Shown piece by piece: positions 1 through 9,801 of a stretch of DNA of 64,000 nucleotides. Below the pieces are notes generated by a model, which did no database searches, was not told the origin of the DNA, and saw only the letters and a program-made list of their open reading frames with translations. The translations under genes and the position numbers were made by a program. Source of the DNA: Candidatus Heimdallarchaeota archaeon (GTDB taxonomy: Archaea > Asgardarchaeota > Heimdallarchaeia > JABLTI01); the NCBI GenBank assembly GCA_019058275.1, contig JAHLVW010000099.1, forward strand, positions 1 through 64,000, in the 5' to 3' direction. Numbering within the stretch: position 1 is the stretch's first letter; each line of letters starts with the position of its first letter.

Positions 1-343
1 ATACAACAGGATCATTTACATCTGACACATCAATAAAAGTAACACCTCCACCTAAGCCGGATACAATTAATAAGTTACTTTTTTTGTAGATTCTGTAAGC
101 ATTACCGAAGTCTACATCTAAGTCTCCAATTTTTGTTAAACCATTGGAAGTAGAAGATATAGCCTTTGTCTCTAAATACTTCATGTAAAGAAGCTCCTCC
201 TCAGCTTTAGTTTTTTGTATAGATTCTTGTTCATCTATTACTTTGTTAATAGCAATTCCTTTTTCCACTGCTATTATGGAAGAAGCTATTAAAATTATAG
301 AAATTAAACCAAACATAATGAAAAAACTACTTCTTTTCTTCAT
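1..343 (-). CDS. Secreted LVIVD-repeat-like protein, N-terminal part (runs off window start)
   Basis: Manual translation: MKKRSSFFIMFGLISIILIASS signal-like N-terminus, then LLIVSGLGGGVTFIDVSDVNDPVV (LVIVD-like). Not in ORF track; alternative GTG start at 355. Confidence 0.7.
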   Translation of the reverse strand, partial: MKKRSSFFIMFGLISIILIASSIIAVEKGIAINKVIDEQESIQKTKAEEELLYMKYLETKAISSTSNGLTKIGDLDVDFGNAYRIYKKSNLLIVSGLGGGVTFIDVSDVNDPVV

Positions 344-639
344 TTTATTATTCACCAGATAGTTTGTAATATTGCTAATCAGATAACTGATTTCCATTTA
401 ATTATAAATGAGTGAAAGTTTTCAAATTGATAAACTTTTCTTATTCTCTTTCAATCGTATTTTCTTTTAAATGTTTATTCAATATGGTTAATAGTCAATT
501 CGTTCAACAAGTGTTGTTATTATGTTTTTTACAGCTTTTGCTAATTTTTTTCCATTTTACTACATTAAAATGGATTTTGCTATTTGTTATTAACGAAAAT
601 TTCTTCATTTGGTAAAATAGATGATATGCTTGAATAAAA

Positions 640-1431
640 ATGAATGATTCAGAATCACCACATTCAATCGAAATTGAGCTTTATTTCATACCTGATATTA
701 CACCAGCAAAAGAAATTGAGTATGCTTACCAACTACTTCAGAAGCTAAAAGAGTTAAAGAAAATTAATTTTAAAATTTATGAATCGATTTCTGATAAAGA
801 AAGTCGCGAACTAGAAGAAGAAATACGTATTGCTGCTGCAAGAGGTAAATTCAAAGTTGTGAGTGGTGGTGGAGCAGCATTAGTACTTTCTGGTTCAAAG
901 AAATTAAACCACCTGCATGGACCTATATTAATTGTTAGACGTGATCAAAAGGTTGTTCAAGTTTACCCTAGAGGAGAACCAGGATTAAAGGGTAGCAGAA
1001 TCAGCACTAACGACTTTTTGTCTGAAGCTTTGAACTCCAATACAGATGATTTCTTTGATATAGATTTAAAGACCTTCACTGAACAGGATTTACGTAATTT
1101 GGTGATTCGACGACCATCATTGATTGAAGAAAATTTAACATTTGTTGATGTAGAAGTAAACATCGATTCAGCAATTATTGATTTAGTTTTTATAGATGCT
1201 GAGAATAATCATTTAGTTTTAGAGTTTAAGTTAAATGCTGAAGATAAGACTATAGGACAAGTTACTCGTTATAATCTAGATTCATATGCAAAATTAATGA
1301 AAATTCCAAAGAATAAAATTAGAAAAGGGATTGTCACATTAGGTTTTACTGGGCAAATACAAGATGCTTGTAAATCAAATAATATTGAACTGTATGTCTT
1401 AAAATTTGAGAATATTGGATTTTCAAACTAA
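640..1431 (+). CDS. Protein with C-terminal NucS/DUF91-like PD-(D/E)xK endonuclease domain
   Basis: EQDLRNLV...IDLVFID...LVLEFK...IGQVTRY resembles the NucS C-terminal nuclease motifs. Confidence 0.65.
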   Translation: MNDSESPHSIEIELYFIPDITPAKEIEYAYQLLQKLKELKKINFKIYESISDKESRELEEEIRIAAARGKFKVVSGGGAALVLSGSKKLNHLHGPILIVRRDQKVVQVYPRGEPGLKGSRISTNDFLSEALNSNTDDFFDIDLKTFTEQDLRNLVIRRPSLIEENLTFVDVEVNIDSAIIDLVFIDAENNHLVLEFKLNAEDKTIGQVTRYNLDSYAKLMKIPKNKIRKGIVTLGFTGQIQDACKSNNIELYVLKFENIGFSN

Positions 1432-1542
1432 AATCTATAGAAAGATACGAAATGATTTTTTCAAGCTAATGTGTAATTTAATAAATGGGATTTCATGATA
1501 TAAAATCAAATCTATTAAAGAAATCTGGCTGGATAAGTCATA

Positions 1543-2358
1543 ATGGCAAGAACTGAGTTAGAAGTTTTCAAAAAAGCGTTAGAGAAAACTAAGAAAGGAC
1601 AATTTCTAGAAGCTATTAAATTATACGATGAATTAATTCATTCAACAACTTCTGCCTATAGTGTAATTACTCAAGATTCGTTTAAAATAAGTGAGTGGGA
1701 ATACCTGCAAGATATTTCTGAATGTGAGAAGTTAGTAAACTCAAGTAAAGCATCTTTTGAAGGACTAATGGCTCTCAGTTTATTGTTTAAGATCGTTTGT
1801 AACTATGATCGAAGAAACATGTTTCTAAAGCAAGCTATTAAACTGAACAGCAACGATTCAAGAGTTTGGCGAGAATATGGTCAAACTGCTTTTCATCTTG
1901 GAAATATACGTAATGCTATACAATATTTTCAGGAAGCCTTGAATCTCGATTCCAATGATTCTATTTCATTAGAAGGAACTGGTTTATGCTATTACTATCT
2001 TGATGAACCTTTGAAGGCTATTAATCCATTAAAGAAAGCTCTCTCACTTAAACCTGAGAATCATTACATCATGAACCATTTAGCTTTTATTTTATCTGAA
2101 CTCGGTGAGCTAGATACTGCAATGGAGTATATTCAAAAGGCGTTACTTCTGGATCAGATGAATATTATCTATCTTGATACATATGCTTGTATTCTTTTCT
2201 TACAAGAAAAATATGATCAATCATTAGTTGTTTTTGAGAAGATACTTAGTAATAAAGCAAAAGATTGGGAAATATCTTGGGATATACTAACTAATCTTTA
2301 TGAAGTGCTAGGTTTACATGTAAAAGCAAAACAACTTGAAGAAAAGCTGTTTTTATAA
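1543..2358 (+). CDS. Tetratricopeptide repeat protein
   Basis: Repeated TPR-like units (A..YFQEALNLD, LKKALSLKPE, YIQKALLLD). Confidence 0.85.
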   Translation: MARTELEVFKKALEKTKKGQFLEAIKLYDELIHSTTSAYSVITQDSFKISEWEYLQDISECEKLVNSSKASFEGLMALSLLFKIVCNYDRRNMFLKQAIKLNSNDSRVWREYGQTAFHLGNIRNAIQYFQEALNLDSNDSISLEGTGLCYYYLDEPLKAINPLKKALSLKPENHYIMNHLAFILSELGELDTAMEYIQKALLLDQMNIIYLDTYACILFLQEKYDQSLVVFEKILSNKAKDWEISWDILTNLYEVLGLHVKAKQLEEKLFL

Positions 2359-2372
2359 AAAAAACAAGAAAT

Positions 2373-2816
2373 TTAGAAAACAAGTACCTTATCACATTCT
2401 ATCATAACTTTTACTGCATGATGGAGATGGATAATTTCCACACCTTCTATAATATCTTCAGCTTTCAAACCTGTCAATGTTAAAGAACTTTTGCAAGTCA
2501 TAATGTGTCCACCAAAAGAGATTAGTCCTTCGATTAATTCAAGAGTAGTGAAACTTAGATCGTCCTCTTCTTCATCGCTAGCGTCATCTTGGGCTTTTTT
2601 GCTGAATTTATCTAATGTCTGCTGTTCACCTTGAAATTCTTGTTTTGTAGCTAACCATATGGCTTCTTCTGTGAGTAGTACATGAACTTCATATTCTTCC
2701 ATTAATAAAGTTAGACCTAAGCGTAATCCTGCATTGATATTGTTTTTATGAACAATTTCTTTAGGAGAGTTAGCAAAGAGTAAGAAAAATTTTAGTGGAA
2801 AGTTACTGCTCATCAT
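2373..2816 (-). CDS. DsrE/DsrF-like family protein
   Basis: EVHVLLTEEAIWLA...IMTCKSSL...GL..EDIIEGV...CDKVLVF fits the DsrE fold pattern. Confidence 0.75.
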   Translation of the reverse strand: MMSSNFPLKFFLLFANSPKEIVHKNNINAGLRLGLTLLMEEYEVHVLLTEEAIWLATKQEFQGEQQTLDKFSKKAQDDASDEEEDDLSFTTLELIEGLISFGGHIMTCKSSLTLTGLKAEDIIEGVEIIHLHHAVKVMIECDKVLVF

Positions 2817-3028
2817 CTACCTAACACATCAGTTGAAATTTAACATAACTAACTCAGCATTTCTCTTTAAAAATCATTTTGGAAAATGCAAAATTGAGAA
2901 AAACAGAAATTTTTGTTTTCAGTAGATGAAAAAACATATAAAGCAACTTTTAGAAAATTTAATAGCAAATTAGCAAATAGAATCTAATAGCTAATAATTG
3001 TTGGAATTTACACTGAGGAATATTAGTC

Positions 3029-3301
3029 TTGATAATTGAACGAATAGCACAAGCAGGTTCTCTTGAATCATGTGATATATTAATCACAGTAGAGCCAAGT
3101 AAACCTGGAACTGGTATCCATATTCATCTTGAATCACCCTCAGTAAAACAATTTGGTGATCGAATAAAAAGTGAAATTACAGAAGTAGTGAAACGTCTCG
3201 AAATACAAGATGTAAAAATAATTGCTATAGACAAGGGATCACTAGAATACTGCATTAAAGCTAGAACTGAAGCTGCATTAAGAAGAGCAAGTGGAGAGTA
3301 A
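3029..3301 (+). CDS. citD: Citrate lyase acyl carrier protein (gamma subunit)
   Basis: AQAGSLESCD prosthetic-group Ser motif, QFG, DKGSL..CIKAR; first gene of a citDEF order. Confidence 0.93.
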   Translation: MIIERIAQAGSLESCDILITVEPSKPGTGIHIHLESPSVKQFGDRIKSEITEVVKRLEIQDVKIIAIDKGSLEYCIKARTEAALRRASGE

Positions 3302-3306
3302 GCACA

Positions 3307-4224
3307 ATGAAAAAGAAAGTAGCAATTAATAAACAAAAAATAAAAGATGAAAGATTAAGGAGAACTAGATTATATGTTCCTGGAAATAATCCAGCAATGG
3401 TACAAAATGCTTCTATATATGGAGCTGATTCTTTAATCTTTGATTTAGAGGATTCCATACCATTAAATGAAAAAGATGCTGCAAGATATCTAGTTAGAAA
3501 TGCTTTACAAAATTTAGATTTTAGTAAAATTGAAGTTACTGTTCGTATAAACTCATTAGAAACTAAATACTGTTTAAAAGATTTAGAAGCAATAATTCCA
3601 ACAAAACCTGATGGTATTTTATTACCAAAAACTGAATCATTAGAAGATGTTTTAACAATTGATAAAGAATTAGCTAGAATTGAATAGGAGAATAATCTTC
3701 CTATTGGAAAGATAGAAATCATGCCAATAATTGAATCAGCATTAGGCGTTCTTAACATCGAAAAAATAGCTTCGGGTCCAAGAGTAACGGTAATTGGGTT
3801 AGCTGGAGAAGATCTCACAGCAGATGTAGGTGCAAAACGAACGAAATCTGGCAAAGAATTAGAATACATATCTTCAAGGATTATTTTAGCTTGTACTGCA
3901 AATAAGATACAAGCTATTGATACAGTTTATACAGATATCAACGATCCCCAAGGATTATTTGAGATTGCAAAAAAAGCCATTGAAATAGGATTTCAAGGAA
4001 AAAGTATCATTCATCCATCTCAAGTTGAACTAGTTCATAGAGCCCTTATGCCAACTGAAATTGAGATTGCTAAGACTGAAAAAATTGTGAATGCTTACAA
4101 AGATTCTATCAAAAAAGGATTAGGAGCAATTTCTGTTGATGGAAGAATGATTGATTTACCTGTAGTTATACGTTCAGAAAGAATTCTCGAGAGAGCAAAA
4201 GTAGGTTTTCCAACTGATGAATAA
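3307..4224 (+). pseudogene. citE: Citrate lyase beta subunit (citryl-ACP lyase) with in-frame TAG at 3685-3687
   Basis: RRTRLYVPGNNP, FDLEDS, VRINSL, IIESALG, EDLTAD, GKSIIHPSQ, GRMIDLP. ORFs 3307..3687 and 3721..4224 share a frame and join through LARIE*ENNLPIGKIEI. Confidence 0.9.
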
Positions 4225-4250
4225 AACAAGTAAAAAAGTAGGACTTTTGT

Positions 4251-4701
4251 ATGAAATTTAACGCCAATACTGTAAGTCGGAAAATACCAACTGAATTACA
4301 AGGAAGGAAATTAATTCCTTTTTCTGGAAAAGGAAAGGGACCTTACAGAAAAAGAAAATATGCTCCAAAAATACGAAAAGTATCATCAAGTGATAATAAA
4401 GTGCTCAAATCTCTTAGAAAGGCAATTAAGAAATCTGAGCTAACAGATGGTGGAACTATTTCTTTTCATCATCACTTTCGAAACGGAGATTTCTTACTGA
4501 ATATGGTTTGTCATGAAATAGCAAAAATGGGTCTTAAGGATATAAGACTTGTACCTTCATCGATTCAAGGCGTACACAAGGAAATCCTGCCATATTTAGA
4601 AAAAGCGATAATTACTAGCATTAATTGTGGAACTTCAGGAACTATTGCAGTTGCCATATCACATGGGAAAATGGAGGGATTGTTAACTATACGTTCTCAT
4701 G
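4251..4701 (+). pseudogene. citF: Citrate lyase alpha subunit, 5' part up to IRSH (interrupted)
   Basis: TISFHHHFRNGD motif; CitF-like sequence stops at LTIRSH. Confidence 0.9.
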
Positions 4702-5074
4702 AAATCTTTACTTATTGCACAGATCCTTTGAATTATAACTCGAATCCTGCTCGATTCTCACCCAATCTTTGTAGGAATTCTATGGGCTACCAGATGGCAT
4801 TCGCAAAGTCTATTTCAGATGGAATGCACCAACTAATTATTGGGCAGGGAATTCTCATTGGTCTGCTTGGAGATATGTTCTCAAAATAAAAATTGGTACT
4901 ACTTGGACTACTATATACAGCGGAACTTCAAGAAGTTTTAACTACCAACCACAATCTGCTACAACAAGTTATTCATATCGTCTATACTGCTACAACCAAC
5001 ACACTGGTGTTTATAGTAATTATGTTTCTTGGTATGGCAATGCTAAAACTGGCGGTGGTGGAGGACCAATCTAA
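4702..5074 (+). pseudogene. 3' fragment of a secreted protein gene: Ca-binding-repeat tail plus FN3-like domain
   Basis: EIFTYCTDPLNYNSNP, then after a frameshift a start-less 100-codon frame 4775..5074 (VYFRWNAPTNYW...WTTIYSGTSRSFNYQ...TSYSYRLYCYNQHTGVYS...GGGGGPI*); not in ORF track. Confidence 0.6.
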
Positions 5075-5198
5075 AGAACCTGAAGATTCCGATTCAGATA
5101 ATGATGGTTATGATGACTTATACGAAATAATCAATGGATACGACCCAAATGACCCCAACAGTAAACCCAGTGGCAGCGGTGGAGGATTTGGCTGGTAA
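5075..5198 (+). pseudogene. 3' fragment of a DxDxDG (TSP3-like) repeat protein gene
   Basis: DSDSDNDGYDDLYEIINGYDPNDPNSKPSGSGGGFGW*. Confidence 0.55.
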
Positions 5199-5452
5199 GA
5201 ACTATTTCTTACCAAATCTTCTTTCTTTTTAATCAAGCTAAAATGGTTAAAAGTGGAAGTATAGTAAATTATGTTAACTCATTTATAATGAAATTTCTTT
5301 TAATGACAATTTCATCTATAAATGCAAGTAGTTTTCTTATAATCACAATAGTAACAAGAGACAGAGAAAGAAATAAACTTAATAATTTATATTCACTTAA
5401 TTAATTGAACTGCGTGAGGAATCTATCATAAAATCAAAAGTGAGGGCTTAAT

Positions 5453-6086
5453 TTGAAGGTAAGAAAAGGAGCAATATTACTAATAGTATTAAGTATAATA
5501 GGAGTAGTTGTTTTTACAACAACACCGTTAATTTCTACAAGAGAGAGTTCAGGGTTCGGATGCAGGTGGGAGTTGGGATGTTCTAATCACTTTCAAGATT
5601 TCTTTCTTAGGCAAGGGTAAATTGGTTGAAAAAGGTGAACGATATGGTAGTGACTACTATTATGAAGAAAATTGGGTAACATCCATTTGGAGTTATATCG
5701 GAAAAAGATTTCCATTAGAACCATAATTTTAACGCTAATAAGCTTAGTATTTTCAATTATCGCTGGACTCTTTTCATTATTTAGCTTTAATACGAAAGGA
5801 AGATTCATTGGTGGTGTCTTTAGGTATAATTAGTGGCGGTTTAATTATAACAGGTGAAATGCTTTTCATAGATTGGGGTAGATGGTTTAGTGGTTTGTTC
5901 TCATTTACGTTTACTTATAGATATTTTAACCATGGTTTCATTGTTCCTGTAATCGTAGGTAGTTTAACTGTTATTATATCAATCGTGTTTATACTACTAA
6001 AACCAAAAGCGAAAGAAAACACAATAGAAGAAAATTTGTTAAAAAATCAAACAAAAATGGTTCCCCAGAATTCAGAAAATATTTGA
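5453..6086 (+). pseudogene. Multi-pass membrane protein with about 3 frameshifts
   Basis: MKVRKGAILLIVLSIIGVVVF..., with successive hydrophobic segments in different frames ending in ORF 5808..6086. Confidence 0.55.
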
Positions 6087-6184
6087 CAAGATCACCTAAA
6101 ACTAATATTACTGAATTTAAGAATCAAACAATATCTGGTTTCTTAAATTTATTTACCAGAAACAAAACAAAGAAAAAAGGTAAT

Positions 6185-6324
6185 AATTCAAAGCAAAAAG
6201 AGAAGCAGAACCCAAGAAGAACCGCTGACTGCTCGCACCTTCGGGAAGTCCACGTGCAAGCAGTGGTCTTCTGATTCCTTGGCGTGTGGGTTTTCCTTGA
6301 TGCTCTCTCAGGAAGCTTTGAGTT
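6185..6324. other. Long imperfect GC-rich hairpin (candidate structured RNA or ssDNA site)
   Basis: Nested pairings aattcaaagc/gctttgagtt, agca/tgct, gaaccca/tgggttt, agaaga/tcttct, actgct/agcagt, gcac/gtgc, with c(ttcg)g near the apex. Confidence 0.6.
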
Positions 6325-6421
6325 CTTTTCTCGTGGGAATCTCCATGAAATAAAACGAGATTAAAACTTAAATTCTCTTTTTTTATATAGTATAATATAT
6401 GATTACTTGGAGTGATATCAA

Positions 6422-7890
6422 ATGGTAAAAGGTGAATCTCCATCTTCTGATATAATTAGTTCTTGGATACATACATTAAAGACTGATTCTAATAAGAGTA
6501 ATCGACATAAATCATTATTTAATATAGGTGGTTTAGATAAAGAAACCATCAAAAAGTCATCTGAAATAATTCCTACTTTACTCTCATGTCTAAAAAATGA
6601 TTCTGATCCTGGTCTTCGTGCTGAATCCGCTCAAACTTTGAGCTACCTCAATCATAAGGAAGCAGCTGAAGCATTAATTAAAGCAATGAGTAATGATAGG
6701 GATGGTATTGTTCGTTTACATGCTGCCCGAGCATTGGGAACATATGAATTACCTGAAGTTATTCCAGCACTCGTTAGAACTATGCAACAAGATATTTTTC
6801 ATAGAGTTCGGAGTGAAGCAGCGTATTCATTGGGACAGATTGGTAATGAAAGTGCGATTCCTTTTTTAGTTGAAATTATTAAAAATGATGATGAAATCTA
6901 CTTTACTGCAGCTACAGCTTTATATTATATACATAGTTCCAAAGCAGTTACTTCATTAATAAACTTGTTAAATATTGAAGATTCGAATAAGCTTTCGTCA
7001 ATTATTAACGCATTAGAACTTCTTGGTAAGAAGGCTCAAAAAGCTACACCTTTGCTTTGTAAGATTGCAAGAAACCATTTCAGCTCCTGGATTCGTGCTA
7101 AAGCAATATATGCTCTTGGTTATTTTGATGGAAAAGAAGCTAATTCATTTATTCAAGATCAAATAGAAAAGGAGGAAGATGCTTACATTCTTTTTTGGTA
7201 TGCTTTAACACATGCAAGGCTTTTTGGGAAAGAAAGCAAGGGAGCTGAGTTACTAATAAAATTCTTTGCTGTTCATCACATGGATGATGATCAAATTAAT
7301 GAATATCGGTTGTTACATCGGAAATGGTTTTATGAAGATGAAAAAAAGGAGAAATCCACAAAAGAACAAGAAAAAACAAAAGTAATTATGAAGCAAATCA
7401 TGTTAAGGGAGAGTAATAAAGTTGAATTCAAATCATACTTACGTTGGAATGAAGGAACAAAACAAGTTAGTAAAGAATTAGAGTTTAAAATTGCGAAAAC
7501 TCTATCTGCATTTATGAATTCAGAGGGCGGAACACTCTTCATTGGAGTAAATGATAAAGGTGGATATGTGGGTATTGAGAAGGATATGCCACTTTTAATG
7601 TAAAAAAACAAAATAGAGATGGGTTTCAGCTTTGTTTCACTGAAATAATCAGAAGGCATATTGGTGTTGAGTATAATGCCTACCTAAATTTATCATTTGA
7701 AAAAATAGAAGGAAAAGATATTTGTATTGTTAAAGTTGACTCAGCAATGAAACCAGTTTATGTAATGGGGAGAAATGGAAAATCTCATTTTGCAATTAGA
7801 GCAAATAATAGAACTCAACAATTAGATAATAAAGAAACTCAAGAATACATAGAGATGCATTGGCAAAGAAATCAAAAGGAAGTATTCTGA
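6422..7890 (+). pseudogene. HEAT-repeat protein fused to AlbA_2 (Schlafen-like) domain; 1-nt frameshift at ~7585
   Basis: HEAT/PBS-lyase repeats (VRLHAARALG, VRSEAAYSLGQIG); ESNKVEFKS...AFMNSEGGTLFIGVND; domain continues in another frame (NRDGF...EGKDICIVKV...FAIRANNRT) to TGA at 7890. Confidence 0.8.
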
Positions 7891-7896
7891 TTCTCA

Positions 7897-8213
7897 TTAG
7901 TCACACCTGCTAAGAAGTTCCTTATCTATCTCTGTGCAGTTTTTGTGTGGACAATACCCATTACAGATGCCACCGTTATGATTGCATTCCATTACGACGT
8001 GGACTTTTTCTTGGCATTCATCGCAAACAAAAGTCTCTTCTCCATCAGCAACCCATCGAACATATTCCTCGATTAATCCGTATTCTACTACTTGGTCTAA
8101 ATCAATCCAAGTGAACTGGTCAATAATTTCGTTTTTAATAACTTCTAAAGTCCAGTGAATGTCATTTGAGATATTGTATGCAGTTAGTAATCCAACTGCA
8201 ACAGCAATGTCAT
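7897..8213 (-). pseudogene. 5'-truncated gene with Cys-rich C-terminus
   Basis: Open frame HDIAVAVG...CDEC...CNGYCPHKNC begins exactly at the right insertion junction. Confidence 0.45.
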
Positions 8214-8214
8214 G

Positions 8215-9314
8215 GAGGAAGAGCCAGATCAATAGAGAATGGTGATGTTGAAATTGATGTTGCATTTATTGCATCACCCACTTCAGATATTTATGGTAAT
8301 ATTAATGGCGTGTATGGTGAGTATGCTTGTGGTTCATTAGGTTATGCTTTCCCTGATGCTCAATTTGCTAATCATGTTATAGCCGTTACAAATAATTTAG
8401 TTCCTTTTCCTAATGCTCCTATCAGCATCAGTCAAGAGCATGTCGATACTGTTGTAGAACTCGATAAACCAATAGGTGATCCAAGGGGCATAGTATCCAC
8501 AACGTTACGTGTTACTCTAGATCCAAAAGGTTTGAAAATTGCAAGAAATTGCATCGAGGTTATAAAAGCATCTGGATTGTTAAAAGATGGTTTCTCATAT
8601 CAAAGTGGTGCTGGAGGATCAACATTAGCTGCAACTAATTATCTAAGAGAGTATATGATAAGCAAGGGAATTAAAGGTTCATTTGCAATGGGAGGAGCTA
8701 CTGAATCTTTAGTAAAAATGCTTGAAGATGGGTTATTCAAAACTATTCTTGATGTTCAAAGTTTCGATACTTATGCTGTAAAATCACTATTGAACAATCC
8801 AAATCATATTGAAATTGGAGCAAGTCAATATGCTAATCCATTCACTTCCGGGTGTGTCGCTAATTTGCTAAACACAATAATACTTGGTGGAACAGAAGTT
8901 GATGTTAATTTTAATGTAAATACATCAACTGAATCAGATGGTAGAATTATGTGGGGTATGGGTGGACACCAAGACACTGCAGAAGGAGCAAAATTAACTA
9001 TAATAGCAGTTCCATTGCTAAGAGGAAGAATTCCAATCATTGTAGATGATGTTATCTCTGTCAATAGTCCAGGTGAAAATATTGATGTTGTTGTCACTGA
9101 AAGGGGAATAGCAATAAATCCAAATTCACCACACTATAGTACTTTAAAAAGAAACAAAAAACTTGATATTAAAAGCATAGATGAACTAAAGAAAATAGCA
9201 GAGAATCTTATCAGTGGAAAACCTAAGAAACCTAAAACAACTGATCGCATAGTAGCTATGATTGAGTATAGAGATGGTTCAGTATTAGATGTTATTTACC
9301 AAGTTAAAGATTAG
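8215..9314 (+). pseudogene. citF: Citrate lyase alpha subunit, 3' part (from GGRARS)
   Basis: GGRARSI..IDVAFI, ACGSLGY, QSGAGG, LDVQSFD, GGHQDTA, PGENIDVVVTERGIAINP, IEYRDGSVLDVI. Confidence 0.92.
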
Positions 9315-9413
9315 AAAATAATGTAGAATTTTTTAAAGTATGTAAGAACATGTTTATATTAGACAAGAATAATGTTTATATGAAAATATAGATTTCAGGG
9401 GAACAAATTACAG

Positions 9414-9653
9414 TTGAATTTTATATCTGACAGAAAGAAGCCATTAATAAGAGTAATGCTTGTCGCTTCAGCACTTATACCAGTGTACATTATGTACTTG
9501 ACATTCGCTGACCCACCAATATTAGTGGGTATATTCACTAGCATATATTCGTTCTTCATGGTTGTAGTTTGGTTTCTTTTCTATTTCGATTTCTTCATTA
9601 AAAAACCCACTTTCAATGGTTCAAATGGAAAATTAAGTCTTAATAATGAATAA
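9414..9653 (+). CDS. Small two-TM membrane protein
   Basis: Two hydrophobic stretches. Confidence 0.5.
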   Translation: MNFISDRKKPLIRVMLVASALIPVYIMYLTFADPPILVGIFTSIYSFFMVVVWFLFYFDFFIKKPTFNGSNGKLSLNNE

Positions 9654-9801
9654 TTCCGAATGAATTTCTTTCTTTAATTTCTAATGAAAAGCAGTTTTAT
9701 TTTGTACATGGATAGTATACCAGAAGAAAAACTGACTCATACAAAGGTTAAAAGCATTCAATCAATTTTTAAAATTTAATGTTGATGAATGGAAAGTTGA
9801 G

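Larger units (their letters stand above)
4702..8214. mobile_element. 3513-bp insertion in citF flanked by a TCATG direct repeat (4697-4701 and 8210-8214); no transposase or integrase recognised
   Basis: Removing 4702..8214 restores IRSH-GGRARS in frame and gives a 516-aa CitF. Confidence 0.7.

Noticed and set aside
412-615. 67-aa Phe/Leu-rich ORF
   Set aside because: Low-complexity T-rich divergent promoter region; no support.
3685-3687. Genome-wide TAG recoding
   Set aside because: TAG ends several full-length genes normally (citF, CYTH, nurA), and other lesions are TAA or indels.
4893-5074. N-terminal part of ORF 4893..5198 as a real membrane protein
   Set aside because: It overlaps the more protein-like FN3 frame 4775..5074; only its DxDxDG tail looks genuine.
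4690-8225. citF insert as a bulge-helix-bulge intron, group I/II intron or intein
   Set aside because: CATG/CATG could form a 4-bp central helix, but the flanking helices and 3-nt bulges do not pair canonically. There is no RT or homing endonuclease ORF, and the insert has stops in the citF frame.
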